Assembly (NCBI GenBank): GCA_964411615.1
Contig: CAYPLO010000026.1
Location: 1-22,233, forward strand
Reading direction: 5' to 3'
Origin: an uncultured Aquificales bacterium
Lineage (GTDB): Bacteria; Thermosulfidibacterota; Thermosulfidibacteria; Thermosulfidibacterales; Thermosulfidibacteraceae
DNA length: 22,233 nt
Below the pieces are notes generated by a model. It was not told where the DNA came from and searched no databases. It saw nothing but the letters and a program-made list of their open reading frames with translations. A program made the position numbers and the translations under genes. This document shows positions 7,980-15,708 of this stretch, piece by piece (position 1 is the first letter of the stretch; the number at the start of each line of letters is the position of its first letter).

Positions 7980-9001
7980 AGCGGAAGATATACAGAGAAC
8001 ACGTTCCTTGGGCCTTCCCTTCTGTACTCTATCTCCCCTCCGTGCTCCCTTACCACCTTGTAGGCTTTGGCGAGTCCGAGACCCAGCCTGTCCCCCTTGG
8101 TTGTGAAAAAGGGCATGAAGATGGAGTCCCTTATATCCTCAGGAATCTCACTCCCCTCATCCCACACATCCACCCTAACAACCTTGCCCTTAGGATAAAG
8201 CTTCTTGGTCAGGTCTATGCCGACCCCAACCCTGATTGTACCCCTCTCAGGAGAGGCCTCAACGGCGTTCTTCAGAAGCTGCACAAAGGCCCTGAACAGG
8301 CTCAGGGGGTCCCCCTCTATGTTGGGCAGACCTGGCAGGTAGTCCCTCTCCACAGTAAGTCCCTTACGGGCCACCTCCTCTTTCACCGCATCTATGGCAT
8401 CATCCAGAACCTTGTACAGACTTACAGGATGCTCAACCTCCTTGGCGTTGACGGCAAGCTCCATAGCCTCTTCAACCACCCTGTTGAGCCTTAAAGCCTC
8501 CCTCCTCAGATGGGATATCTCCTCCGCCTGACCGTTGGTCTCCTCAAGATAGTTACAGAGGGTCATTATACCAACGGATAGGGGCTGTATCTTGGAAAAG
8601 ACCATTCTGACTATCTTCTCCGAGGCCTCGCTGAGCCTGTCCTTCGCCTCCTTGTCCCTGAGCATATGTATCTGAGAGACGTCTCTCATCAGCATACCTA
8701 TATGAAGGGAACCGGCTATGTGGACGGGAAAGAGGTCAACACACACCGTTCTCACGCCATCCCTCACCTGTATGGTTGCCTCTATGTTGAATATACCCAT
8801 GGAGCTATCAAAGGCCTCCCGGACCTTGGAGGCTATCTCCTCCGGGAGGAACTCCCCCCACGGATACTCCTCAAGCCTGAAATCGGGCATGAGAAGCTCA
8901 TAAGAGGCTGGATTTGCGTATATCACTCTCTCCCTACCCAAAAGCAGCAGGGAATGGGGAAAAGCTTCAAACAGGTCCTTCAGAAGGGTTCCACTTTCCA
9001 T
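7976..9001 (-). CDS. NtrB-like PAS + GHKL/HATPase sensor, atypical (no H-box His)
   Basis: PAS-like N-term (VIYANPASYELL); ERDYLPGLPNIEGDP; N box QLLKNAVEA; G1 VWDEGSEI; F box IFMPFFTTK; G2 RLGLGLA; EHGGEI. Start placed at ATG 9001 (MESGTLL, 341 aa) to avoid overlapping the divergent gene. Confidence 0.82.
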   Translation of the reverse strand: MESGTLLKDLFEAFPHSLLLLGRERVIYANPASYELLMPDFRLEEYPWGEFLPEEIASKVREAFDSSMGIFNIEATIQVRDGVRTVCVDLFPVHIAGSLHIGMLMRDVSQIHMLRDKEAKDRLSEASEKIVRMVFSKIQPLSVGIMTLCNYLEETNGQAEEISHLRREALRLNRVVEEAMELAVNAKEVEHPVSLYKVLDDAIDAVKEEVARKGLTVERDYLPGLPNIEGDPLSLFRAFVQLLKNAVEASPERGTIRVGVGIDLTKKLYPKGKVVRVDVWDEGSEIPEDIRDSIFMPFFTTKGDRLGLGLAKAYKVVREHGGEIEYRREGPRNVFSVYLPL

Positions 9002-9007
9002 TTGGGA

Positions 9008-9037
9008 ATTGTATATATACCCCATGCCCTTTGATAA
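9008..9037 (-). promoter_or_regulatory. Putative sigma70 promoter giving a leaderless transcript of the NtrB-like gene
   Basis: Minus strand TTATCA (9037-9032), 18-nt spacer, TACAAT (9013-9008), 6 nt, ATG (9001); no SD. Confidence 0.45.
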
Positions 9038-9986
9038 CAAGATACCCATAGAGAGGATTGCGACCCCTACACCCTATCAGATAGGGGATATCTACTCCTA
9101 CCTGGTGCTGGACGAACCCATAACCCTCATAGATGTGGGGGTGGCCACAGAGGAGACCAGGGAAGTATGGAGACAGAGACTTAAGGAGCTGAAGCTAACC
9201 GTAAAGGACATAAAGAGAATCGTCCTGACCCACGGCCACTCAGACCACTACGGATTGGCCAGGGAGTTTGCAGAAGCCTCGGGAGCCCCCATACTTCTGC
9301 ACAAGGCCGACTGGGAGAAGGTCAAAAACAGGAGAAGATTCTACCAAAGGATGCTTCCCTATGTATCCCTATACGGCGTGCCTGAGGAGTATTTAGCCAT
9401 ATTTGACAGGGTACTGGAATGGGAAGAGGGATTCTGTCTGGACATACCGGAAGAGATGCTGAAACCGCTTGAAGATGGCGATACCCTTGAGTTTGAACAC
9501 ATTACCTTCACCGTCCACCACGTTCCGGGCCACTCCACAGGCCACGTAATACTGATGCACAGAGATTGGGCGCTATCTGGAGACTTCATATTCGATTCCT
9601 TCACCCCCATACCCGTCATAGAGATGGACGAAAGGGGAAACAGGCTTAAGACCGGCCTGATGTACAGGGATTCCCTCATAAGGATGAAGGAGGCCGGGCT
9701 CAAAAGATACTACCCATCACACAGGGAGACAGAGGGGGATTACCTGAAGGCCCTCTCTAACATGAAGGAGCGGATGAGGTATAAGGAGGAGTTCATACTC
9801 GGGACGCTAAGAAGAAAGGGTAGATGCACTCCATACGAAATCATAAAAGAGCTGTACCCTGAACATAAACCCCAGGAGATATACATAGTGGCCTCCGACA
9901 CCCTCGGAAGGCTGGACCTGCTTGAAGAGAAGGGCCTCGTCTCATGGGAAGAGCGGGATGGATTGGTTTACTACTATTTGTGCTGA
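9024..9986 (+). CDS. Metallo-beta-lactamase-fold hydrolase with probable C-terminal winged helix
   Basis: ITLIDVG, LTHGHSDHYG (HxHxDH), VPGHSTGH, LSGDF, YYPSH. ATG 9024 preferred over TTG 9009. Confidence 0.88.
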   Translation: MPFDNKIPIERIATPTPYQIGDIYSYLVLDEPITLIDVGVATEETREVWRQRLKELKLTVKDIKRIVLTHGHSDHYGLAREFAEASGAPILLHKADWEKVKNRRRFYQRMLPYVSLYGVPEEYLAIFDRVLEWEEGFCLDIPEEMLKPLEDGDTLEFEHITFTVHHVPGHSTGHVILMHRDWALSGDFIFDSFTPIPVIEMDERGNRLKTGLMYRDSLIRMKEAGLKRYYPSHRETEGDYLKALSNMKERMRYKEEFILGTLRRKGRCTPYEIIKELYPEHKPQEIYIVASDTLGRLDLLEEKGLVSWEERDGLVYYYLC

Positions 9987-10642
9987 TCCATCAGGCGTAC
10001 CCCTCAGAAAAGCTGCTGGAGAATAATACCTACTCCGTCTACTTTGCCTTTATAAAGGTAGGAGTGGCCAGATACTCCCTGTACTTTGACGAGGAAAATG
10101 GTACCTTCAGGGCCGTATCCACCGCAAGAACAACGGGAATAGTTGATAAGCTTTACACCGTAAGGGACAGGATGGAATCGGTATTTACACCAGCAGGATT
10201 TCTAAGGTTCAAAGCAAAGATAAGAGAGGGTCACTACAGAAGAGACGACCTCATCATCCACGACCCATCAACAGGTCTTATCACATACATAAAGAACGGA
10301 AAACTCAAGAGAAAGGTCAAAATAGATGGACGTCTTTTTGATATGGTATCGGCCTTCTTCATATACAGGATGGGTAACCTCTGTTCAGCAGGATTCATCG
10401 TAACATCGGGCAAAAGAGAAGCCACTCCTCATGTTGAATGTGAAGGCGAAAAGAGTATGCGGTTCGGAAAAAGGCGTATAAAGGTGAAGGTAGTGAAACT
10501 CTACATACCCATCAAGGGACTTCTTGTCTCCAGGGACTCTACGAAGCCTGTGGTAATGTTCATAGACAGAAGAAGAAGGCTTATGGCATCAAAGATTCCC
10601 ACCAGATGGGGAACTATAAGGATGGTGATAGAGAACCCGTAA
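9944..10642 (+). CDS. Secreted DUF3108-like protein
   Basis: Signal-peptide-like N-term; [40 protein letters not shown] and [11 protein letters not shown] resemble DUF3108. Overlaps the upstream gene by 43 nt. Confidence 0.7.
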   Translation: MGRAGWIGLLLFVLIHQAYPSEKLLENNTYSVYFAFIKVGVARYSLYFDEENGTFRAVSTARTTGIVDKLYTVRDRMESVFTPAGFLRFKAKIREGHYRRDDLIIHDPSTGLITYIKNGKLKRKVKIDGRLFDMVSAFFIYRMGNLCSAGFIVTSGKREATPHVECEGEKSMRFGKRRIKVKVVKLYIPIKGLLVSRDSTKPVVMFIDRRRRLMASKIPTRWGTIRMVIENP

Positions 10643-11921
10643 TCCTGAGCTGTAAGAAAAACCAGTTCGCCTCTTCAGCCCCCGCAACCTTTTTAACAAA
10701 TTCACCGGGCCAGAAATGGCCGTATCCGGCAGAGAGCTTGATGTTCTTCAGGGGCCTAACTGAAGCCTCCACATCAAACTCGTGCCCCATCTCTTTACCG
10801 CTACCTCCGCTCTTATCTCTGTAATACGAAGGGTTCAGAGACCAGCCGTCGGTGGAGCTCGCAAGTCTAAAGTGATGATACTGCACTTTCAGATATACAT
10901 CCCCACTGAGGCTAACCTCAACGCCCCCTTCCTGGTCAACAAGGTTGGACCATTTAAAGAGGTTCATCCTGCCATAGGCTTTATCCACAGACCCAAAGGC
11001 TCCATCAAACCTGTTGAATCTTCCATCATCCGGATGTTTGTCCCCAGAAGCATAAGAGACTCCCACGTACGGCCTCACAATCGCCTTACCAACGCGGCAG
11101 TTGATACCCATCTCCCAGTGGTAAGCGTAGGCATCTACCCTATCAGGCCCCCTCTTTCCCCAGGAACCCAACCACGTTGCATCCCAATCCACCAATCCCC
11201 ACCTTCCAGAAAACCTGGCCCCGGCGTACAGAAGCTGGAGCTTGCCTGAACCTCCCCTTTCACCCCTGAACTCATCGTGCCTATCCCATTTGGTGAAGGC
11301 AAAGGGCTCAAAAACCAGAATAAGCTCTCCAGAACCCCACTCAAGGTGAGAATAAGCCGCCAGCGCACTTCTCATATGTCTGTGAAAGAGGCTGAACCTT
11401 TTTATCTGATGCATTATGGTCCTTCCATAGAACAGGTCAATGTAGTTCTTGCCATCAACAAACCTGAGTTTTACGGCATCCCAGAGGTACCTGCCTGTGT
11501 TACCCCACTGCCCGGGACCGAACACCCTATGGTCACCGTAAGTGATTACCTGTCTCCCCACCTTCACCTCCACTGGAAGACCGTAAGGTTCATCCAGCTT
11601 AACAAAAGCCTTGTAAAGTTCCAGATAATCCTTGTTAGGATTGGATGAAAAGAGCCTATCCGGCAGTGACCAGTCAAAAGCCCTGGCATCCTGTAACCAC
11701 AGAGAAAAAGCCATATGTTCTCTTCTGTAATCCAGACCGGCCCTCACCCTTTGCAGTAGAAACCCGTCTCTTGACACGCCATAGGCCATATTTTTTCCAT
11801 AAAACTTCTTATTAAAATTGTCAGTGAACTCGTACCTGTACCTTACATCGTATCCAAATTTTAAGCGAGCACTGGCAATTCCCGAAATAGAAAGGACCAT
11901 CAGCGGAATTAACAGCCTCAT
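10614..11921 (-). CDS. Alginate-export (AlgE-like) family outer-membrane beta-barrel porin
   Basis: Signal peptide; [70 protein letters not shown]; alternating aromatic beta strands. Confidence 0.85.
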   Translation of the reverse strand: MRLLIPLMVLSISGIASARLKFGYDVRYRYEFTDNFNKKFYGKNMAYGVSRDGFLLQRVRAGLDYRREHMAFSLWLQDARAFDWSLPDRLFSSNPNKDYLELYKAFVKLDEPYGLPVEVKVGRQVITYGDHRVFGPGQWGNTGRYLWDAVKLRFVDGKNYIDLFYGRTIMHQIKRFSLFHRHMRSALAAYSHLEWGSGELILVFEPFAFTKWDRHDEFRGERGGSGKLQLLYAGARFSGRWGLVDWDATWLGSWGKRGPDRVDAYAYHWEMGINCRVGKAIVRPYVGVSYASGDKHPDDGRFNRFDGAFGSVDKAYGRMNLFKWSNLVDQEGGVEVSLSGDVYLKVQYHHFRLASSTDGWSLNPSYYRDKSGGSGKEMGHEFDVEASVRPLKNIKLSAGYGHFWPGEFVKKVAGAEEANWFFLQLRITGSLSPSL

Positions 11922-12685
11922 TTCGAGCTTAGCAGAACCAAGGCATCCTTAAGCAGTATAAGCCCAACGAGCAAAAGGACTGTGGCAAAGATGTATCTCA
12001 CGGTCCTTCCCCTCATCTTATGGGCCATCATCCTTGAACCCAACTGTGAGCCTGCAACCACAGCCACCGAACAGCCCAGGGTTATAGGAATATCGAAATG
12101 GGCCTTGGGAAGATGGCCTATTAGACCGGAAATGGCCGCTAAGGTCACTATGAAGGAGGAGGTGGCCGCTGCACTTTTGGGGTCCAGCCCTGACATAAGC
12201 AGAATGGGAACCACCATGGCCCCACCACCCCTACCGGCAAAGCCCACAACAATGCCAAGGACAGAGCCTGCGCAGACCCCCAATATGAGCTCTGCCCTGC
12301 GGGAAGAGATGGGCCTATCTGGTCTCCAGCCAGTATAGGCGAGAAGAGACGAGGCCAGCGTGAAAAGGGCAAATACCAGGATGATATAGCCCACATGCAC
12401 CTTGAAGTTCAGATACGCTCCAACAGGTGCCATGACAACCATGGAGATTGCAAAGGGGAGGGCAAGGCCCATTCTCACCAGATTGGCCCTGTAGTAGGTG
12501 AAAGCAGAGGAGCCAGAGGTAAGTATGTTGAGGAGCAACCCCAGGGGTATGGCCTCATGCTTAAAATCCATCCCCAGCCAGTAGAGTATGGGTATGTAAA
12601 GCTGGGACCCTCCCATCCCCAGCATAGAAAAGACAAAAGAGACCCCAAAGAATATCAGAGGGAATAGCCAGAGCAGGGTATGCAT
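11918..12685 (-). CDS. TauE/SafE (TSUP) family sulfite/organosulfur exporter-like membrane protein
   Basis: About 8 TM helices in two repeats with [10 protein letters not shown] and [25 protein letters not shown]. Confidence 0.88.
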   Translation of the reverse strand: MHTLLWLFPLIFFGVSFVFSMLGMGGSQLYIPILYWLGMDFKHEAIPLGLLLNILTSGSSAFTYYRANLVRMGLALPFAISMVVMAPVGAYLNFKVHVGYIILVFALFTLASSLLAYTGWRPDRPISSRRAELILGVCAGSVLGIVVGFAGRGGGAMVVPILLMSGLDPKSAAATSSFIVTLAAISGLIGHLPKAHFDIPITLGCSVAVVAGSQLGSRMMAHKMRGRTVRYIFATVLLLVGLILLKDALVLLSSK

Positions 12686-13257
12686 ACCAGCTTGCCCTCC
12701 TTCACCCTAAGGGCCTTCTCAAAGGTCAGCTCACCACAGACAGCACAGGGAACGGCGGTAAAGCAACCTGGTCTCTTCTCCCAGGGGTAGTCAAAGACTT
12801 CACTCACAACCAGAAACTCTTCGTAAGGCATGCTAAGTATCCTGTCCAGAAGAGGCTTAAGAACATCGTAGGGTATATCCTGAGGTGGAACCCCCTTCTT
12901 CCTCATCTCCACAAACGGAGACTGCAGGGCCTTGGCAAAGAACTCGGGCTTCAGAGAGACCCTCACGGCTTTCTGTCTTTCCACATCTATAAGGGTGAAG
13001 GCCATCTTGTCCCAGTACCTCTTCTCTATGTTACCCTTCCCGTAGGTGCACCCCGTTGCCACCATAACACCATCCACAAAACAGCCTGCAGCGTGTCCCT
13101 TCCCCGTTTCAGAAATCACATAGAGCTCCTTGTCCTTGGCCCTCTCAACTCCCAGCACCTCCATAGCCCTGAGGCCAGCCCTCAACCCCAGGGGCATGGC
13201 GGGACACCTGTGTCCATGAAAAGCGAAACCCAACTCCAGAAGCCTCTCATCTACCAT
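12655..13257 (-). CDS. FmdE/FwdE-family protein with C-terminal Zn finger
   Basis: [36 protein letters not shown]-terminal CAVCGE...CIPC. Start ATG 13257 follows a G-rich SD; TTG 13263 is possible. Confidence 0.88.
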   Translation of the reverse strand: MVDERLLELGFAFHGHRCPAMPLGLRAGLRAMEVLGVERAKDKELYVISETGKGHAAGCFVDGVMVATGCTYGKGNIEKRYWDKMAFTLIDVERQKAVRVSLKPEFFAKALQSPFVEMRKKGVPPQDIPYDVLKPLLDRILSMPYEEFLVVSEVFDYPWEKRPGCFTAVPCAVCGELTFEKALRVKEGKLVCIPCSGYSL

Positions 13258-13618
13258 CCTCAACCCCCCTCTTTCTTCTGTAGTCCTTATCCTTCAAAAT
13301 CTGCTCCAATTTACTCTTCAGCTCTTCGGCCTCCGAAGATGCACCCACAGCCTCAACGAAGCGCTCCAGAACCTCAAACAACCACCCCGGAAGCTCTTTT
13401 TTGATTCTATAGACCACCCATCTACCCTCCCTATAGGACTCAACAAGGCCGGCATTACTTAGATAGATGAGGTGCCTTGAGGCTTTAGGCTGTGATACTC
13501 CGAGAACCCCCATAATCTCGCACACACACAGGGGATGTTTGCTCAACAGCCAGAGTATCTTGAGTCTTGTGGGGTCTGAAAATCCCTTAGCGTATCTCGC
13601 TATTCTCTCAATCCTCAT
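13247..13618 (-). CDS. ArsR/SmtB-family transcriptional repressor
   Basis: [54 protein letters not shown] 13618 preferred because the ORF-track TTG at 13654 coincides with a -35 hexamer. Confidence 0.92.
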   Translation of the reverse strand: MRIERIARYAKGFSDPTRLKILWLLSKHPLCVCEIMGVLGVSQPKASRHLIYLSNAGLVESYREGRWVVYRIKKELPGWLFEVLERFVEAVGASSEAEELKSKLEQILKDKDYRRKRGVEDGR

Positions 13619-13625
13619 GCCTGAT

Positions 13626-13654
13626 GAATTACCACACCTTCCATCAACAGTCAA
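13626..13654 (-). promoter_or_regulatory. Putative promoter of the arsR-like operon (possibly leaderless)
   Basis: Minus strand TTGACT (13654-13649), 17-nt spacer ending TGTGG, TAATTC (13631-13626), 7 nt, ATG. The -10 is imperfect but has an extended TG. Confidence 0.45.
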
Positions 13655-13656
13655 TC

Positions 13657-13676
13657 ATATACGCATATGCGTATAT
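13657..13676. promoter_or_regulatory. Perfect 20-bp palindrome, probable ArsR-family operator
   Basis: ATATACGCAT|ATGCGTATAT is self-complementary, lies just upstream of the arsR-like gene and abuts the -35. ArsR/SmtB repressors typically autoregulate through such inverted repeats. Confidence 0.75.
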
Positions 13677-13684
13677 AAAATTAC

Positions 13685-13717
13685 AAAAAAACAGGAGCAG
13701 CCCCAAAGGGCTACTCC
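13685..13717 (-). terminator. Intrinsic terminator of hsp20
   Basis: Minus strand GGAGTAGCCC-TTTG-GGGCTGCTCC (10-bp stem, one G:U) followed by TG and a T7 tract; the stem includes the hsp20 TAG. Confidence 0.85.
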
Positions 13718-14160
13718 ACCTGCACCTTTATCTCCTTGGGCCTGGCCTCTTCAACCTTGGGAAGCTCAATCTCAAGGATGCCGTTCTTGAACCTGGCCTT
13801 CACCTCATCGGCCTTTATCTCAACCGGCAGCCTTATGCTTCTCACAAACCTGCCGAAGCTCCTCTCGCTGTAGTAGTAGTTCTCCTCCTTCACCTCCTCT
13901 TCCTTCTTCTTCTCACCCTTTATAACCAGCTCATTGTCCTTCACCACAATCTCAATATCGTCCTTATTCACACCGGGAAGCTCAGCCTTTACCACAATCT
14001 TGTCTCCATCGTCGTAAACATCAATGGCCGGAAACGCAAATCCCTCCTGACCAAACAGGGCCGGAAACCTCTCCTCACTGAAGAACTCGTCAAACATCCT
14101 GTCAATCTCTCTCCTGAACCTGTCCAGCTCCCTACCCGGCAACCACCTCATCAGTGCCAT
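13711..14160 (-). CDS. Small heat-shock protein, Hsp20/alpha-crystallin family
   Basis: [64 protein letters not shown]; strong SD AAGGAGGTGAT at 14176-14166. Confidence 0.96.
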   Translation of the reverse strand: MALMRWLPGRELDRFRREIDRMFDEFFSEERFPALFGQEGFAFPAIDVYDDGDKIVVKAELPGVNKDDIEIVVKDNELVIKGEKKKEEEVKEENYYYSERSFGRFVRSIRLPVEIKADEVKARFKNGILEIELPKVEEARPKEIKVQVE

Positions 14161-14207
14161 GGCCCATCACCTCCTTTTCAAGAGTTTTCTGCTATTTCCA
14201 GCTATAT

Positions 14208-14235
14208 AATTTAGGCAGGCTCCAGAATATGTCAA
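14208..14235 (-). promoter_or_regulatory. Putative sigma70-type promoter of hsp20
   Basis: Minus strand consensus TTGACA (14235-14230), 16-nt spacer, TAAATT (14213-14208). Confidence 0.6.
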
Positions 14236-14258
14236 GGCTAATGTAAGAAAATTTTAGT

Positions 14259-15005
14259 CTAATCCACTAAGGTTTTGACCCTCTCCACAATGGCGGGAAG
14301 GACCTCCGAAGCTCTTCCCTGGCAGAACACGTCTGTAACAGAATCAGTAAGGGGAGTGGGCTCAAGGTTCACCTCTACAACCTTGGCCCCTCGGGATTTG
14401 GCATCGTAAGGTATCTGAGCTGCGGGATAGACCTGGGCAGATGTGCCAATAACAAGGACAACATCGGCCTTTGAAGCAAGCTCAAAGGCGCTTCTGAGGG
14501 CCTCAGGAGGTATAGCCTCACCGAAAAAGACTATATCGGGCTTAAGCACACCTCCACATGAGCAGGTGGGAGGCACCTTAGAAAGGTCCACATCCGAGAT
14601 GTGGAAGTTTTTTCCACAATCCATGCACGTGAGCGTCTCCCCCGTTCCGTGAAACTCTATCACATTTCTGCTTCCCGCCTTCTGATGCAGGGCATCCACG
14701 TTCTGCGTTATCACAGCGGCACACTTTCCAATCCTCTCAAGCTCCGCCAGAGCGTAGTGGGCCGGATTGGGCTCTGCCCTCATAACTATCCCGTAAAGCT
14801 CCGCCAGCATCCTCCACACCTTAGCGGGATTCCTGCGAAAAGAGCTGATATGGGCATACTCCATGGGGTCGTAACGTTCCCAGAGTCCCTGGGAGCCTCT
14901 GAAGGCAGGGATACCACTTTCAACGGATATACCCGCCCCCGTGAGGGCTATGAGCAAATTCGACTGGGCTATTAGCCTCGCCGCCCTATCCACCACATCC
15001 ATCAC
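14259..15005 (-). CDS. cobB: NAD-dependent protein deacylase, Sir2 family
   Basis: [35 protein letters not shown], Zn ligands CMDC...[34 protein letters not shown]. Confidence 0.95.
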   Translation of the reverse strand: MMDVVDRAARLIAQSNLLIALTGAGISVESGIPAFRGSQGLWERYDPMEYAHISSFRRNPAKVWRMLAELYGIVMRAEPNPAHYALAELERIGKCAAVITQNVDALHQKAGSRNVIEFHGTGETLTCMDCGKNFHISDVDLSKVPPTCSCGGVLKPDIVFFGEAIPPEALRSAFELASKADVVLVIGTSAQVYPAAQIPYDAKSRGAKVVEVNLEPTPLTDSVTDVFCQGRASEVLPAIVERVKTLVD

Positions 15006-15298
15006 AGTTTCTCCACAACCGCCCTGACTTTACCCTCCATGGTGAGCTCTTTGTCCCTTCTGTCATCCACCCTCAGGCTGGTGACCACCCTCGCAACCCC
15101 TTCAGAGAAGAGGACCTCGTGCATCTCCCTTGCCACCTTGAATATGGTATCAACATCCCCCTCAACTATGGTGCTCATAGGAGTGAGCTGATACTTGACA
15201 TTATACTTCTCAAGAACCTTATGGACCTTAGCCACGTACCTTGAAAGAGATGGGCTACCTGTGCCTAAGGGAGTCACCACTATCTCCGCCACCGCCAT
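15002..15298 (-). CDS. MTH1187/YkoF-like thiamine-binding protein (DUF77)
   Basis: [47 protein letters not shown]; start ATG 15298 after SD GGAGG (98 aa). Confidence 0.9.
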   Translation of the reverse strand: MAVAEIVVTPLGTGSPSLSRYVAKVHKVLEKYNVKYQLTPMSTIVEGDVDTIFKVAREMHEVLFSEGVARVVTSLRVDDRRDKELTMEGKVRAVVEKL

Positions 15299-15662
15299 GG
15301 CTCTCCTCCTCCAGAATCTTTTTGAGTCGTTCAACCTTATCCTTCACCTCATCGTAACGCTTGCCGGTGGGAAACCTGGCCATGTAGAGTTTGTAGTAAG
15401 CGTAGGCGTTCACGTAGTCTCCCTGGTCGTAATAGCAGGTGGCGAGCATGTACAGGGCCTCATCGGCCAGGTCGTTGGTGGGATAATACTCCACAACGTC
15501 CCTAAAGGCTCTTATGGCGGCTTCAACATCTCCCCTTCTGTAGGCATCCATACCCCTGTCGTATAGTTTTGCAGCAGGGTTCATTACATCAACTCTGAAG
15601 CTTTTCCCGCCAACGGAACAGCCACAGACTAACAGAAGAGAAAGCAGAAGAATTTTCCTCAT
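15255..15662 (-). CDS. TPR-repeat lipoprotein (BamD/YfiO/CpoB-like TPR)
   Basis: Lipobox-like [68 protein letters not shown]. Too short for a full BamD. Confidence 0.75.
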   Translation of the reverse strand: MRKILLLSLLLVCGCSVGGKSFRVDVMNPAAKLYDRGMDAYRRGDVEAAIRAFRDVVEYYPTNDLADEALYMLATCYYDQGDYVNAYAYYKLYMARFPTGKRYDEVKDKVERLKKILEEESHGGGGDSGDSLRHR

Positions 15663-15680
15663 CCTCTCCTCCTGTGGTTT

Positions 15681-15708
15681 ACTATAAGCCTAAGGGGCCT
15701 TCTTTAAA
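15681..15708 (-). promoter_or_regulatory. Possible internal promoter for the TPR lipoprotein-MTH1187-cobB genes
   Basis: Minus strand TTTAAA (15708-15703), 16-nt spacer, TATAGT (15686-15681), then AGGAGG and ATG. Confidence 0.3.

Noticed and set aside
10614..13618. Literal readings: alginate export, formylmethanofuran dehydrogenase or arsenic-resistance operon
   Set aside because: No alg, fmd/fwd catalytic or ars effector genes are in the window; the names reflect family membership only.
14205..14210. Plus-strand TATAAT as an antisense promoter into cobB
   Set aside because: No -35 or extended TG; it overlaps the hsp20 -10 in an AT-rich spacer.
13624..14214. 196-aa plus-strand ORF with a hydrophobic stretch
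   Set aside because: Antisense shadow of hsp20; the Leu/Phe run mirrors GAG/AAG codons, and it crosses the operator and terminator.
14259..15005. Sir2 as an antiphage defence gene, or as cobalamin-pathway CobB
   Set aside because: It is a canonical Zn-binding deacylase in housekeeping context, not a Thoeris/DSR-type SIR2, and is unrelated to cobyrinate diamide synthase.
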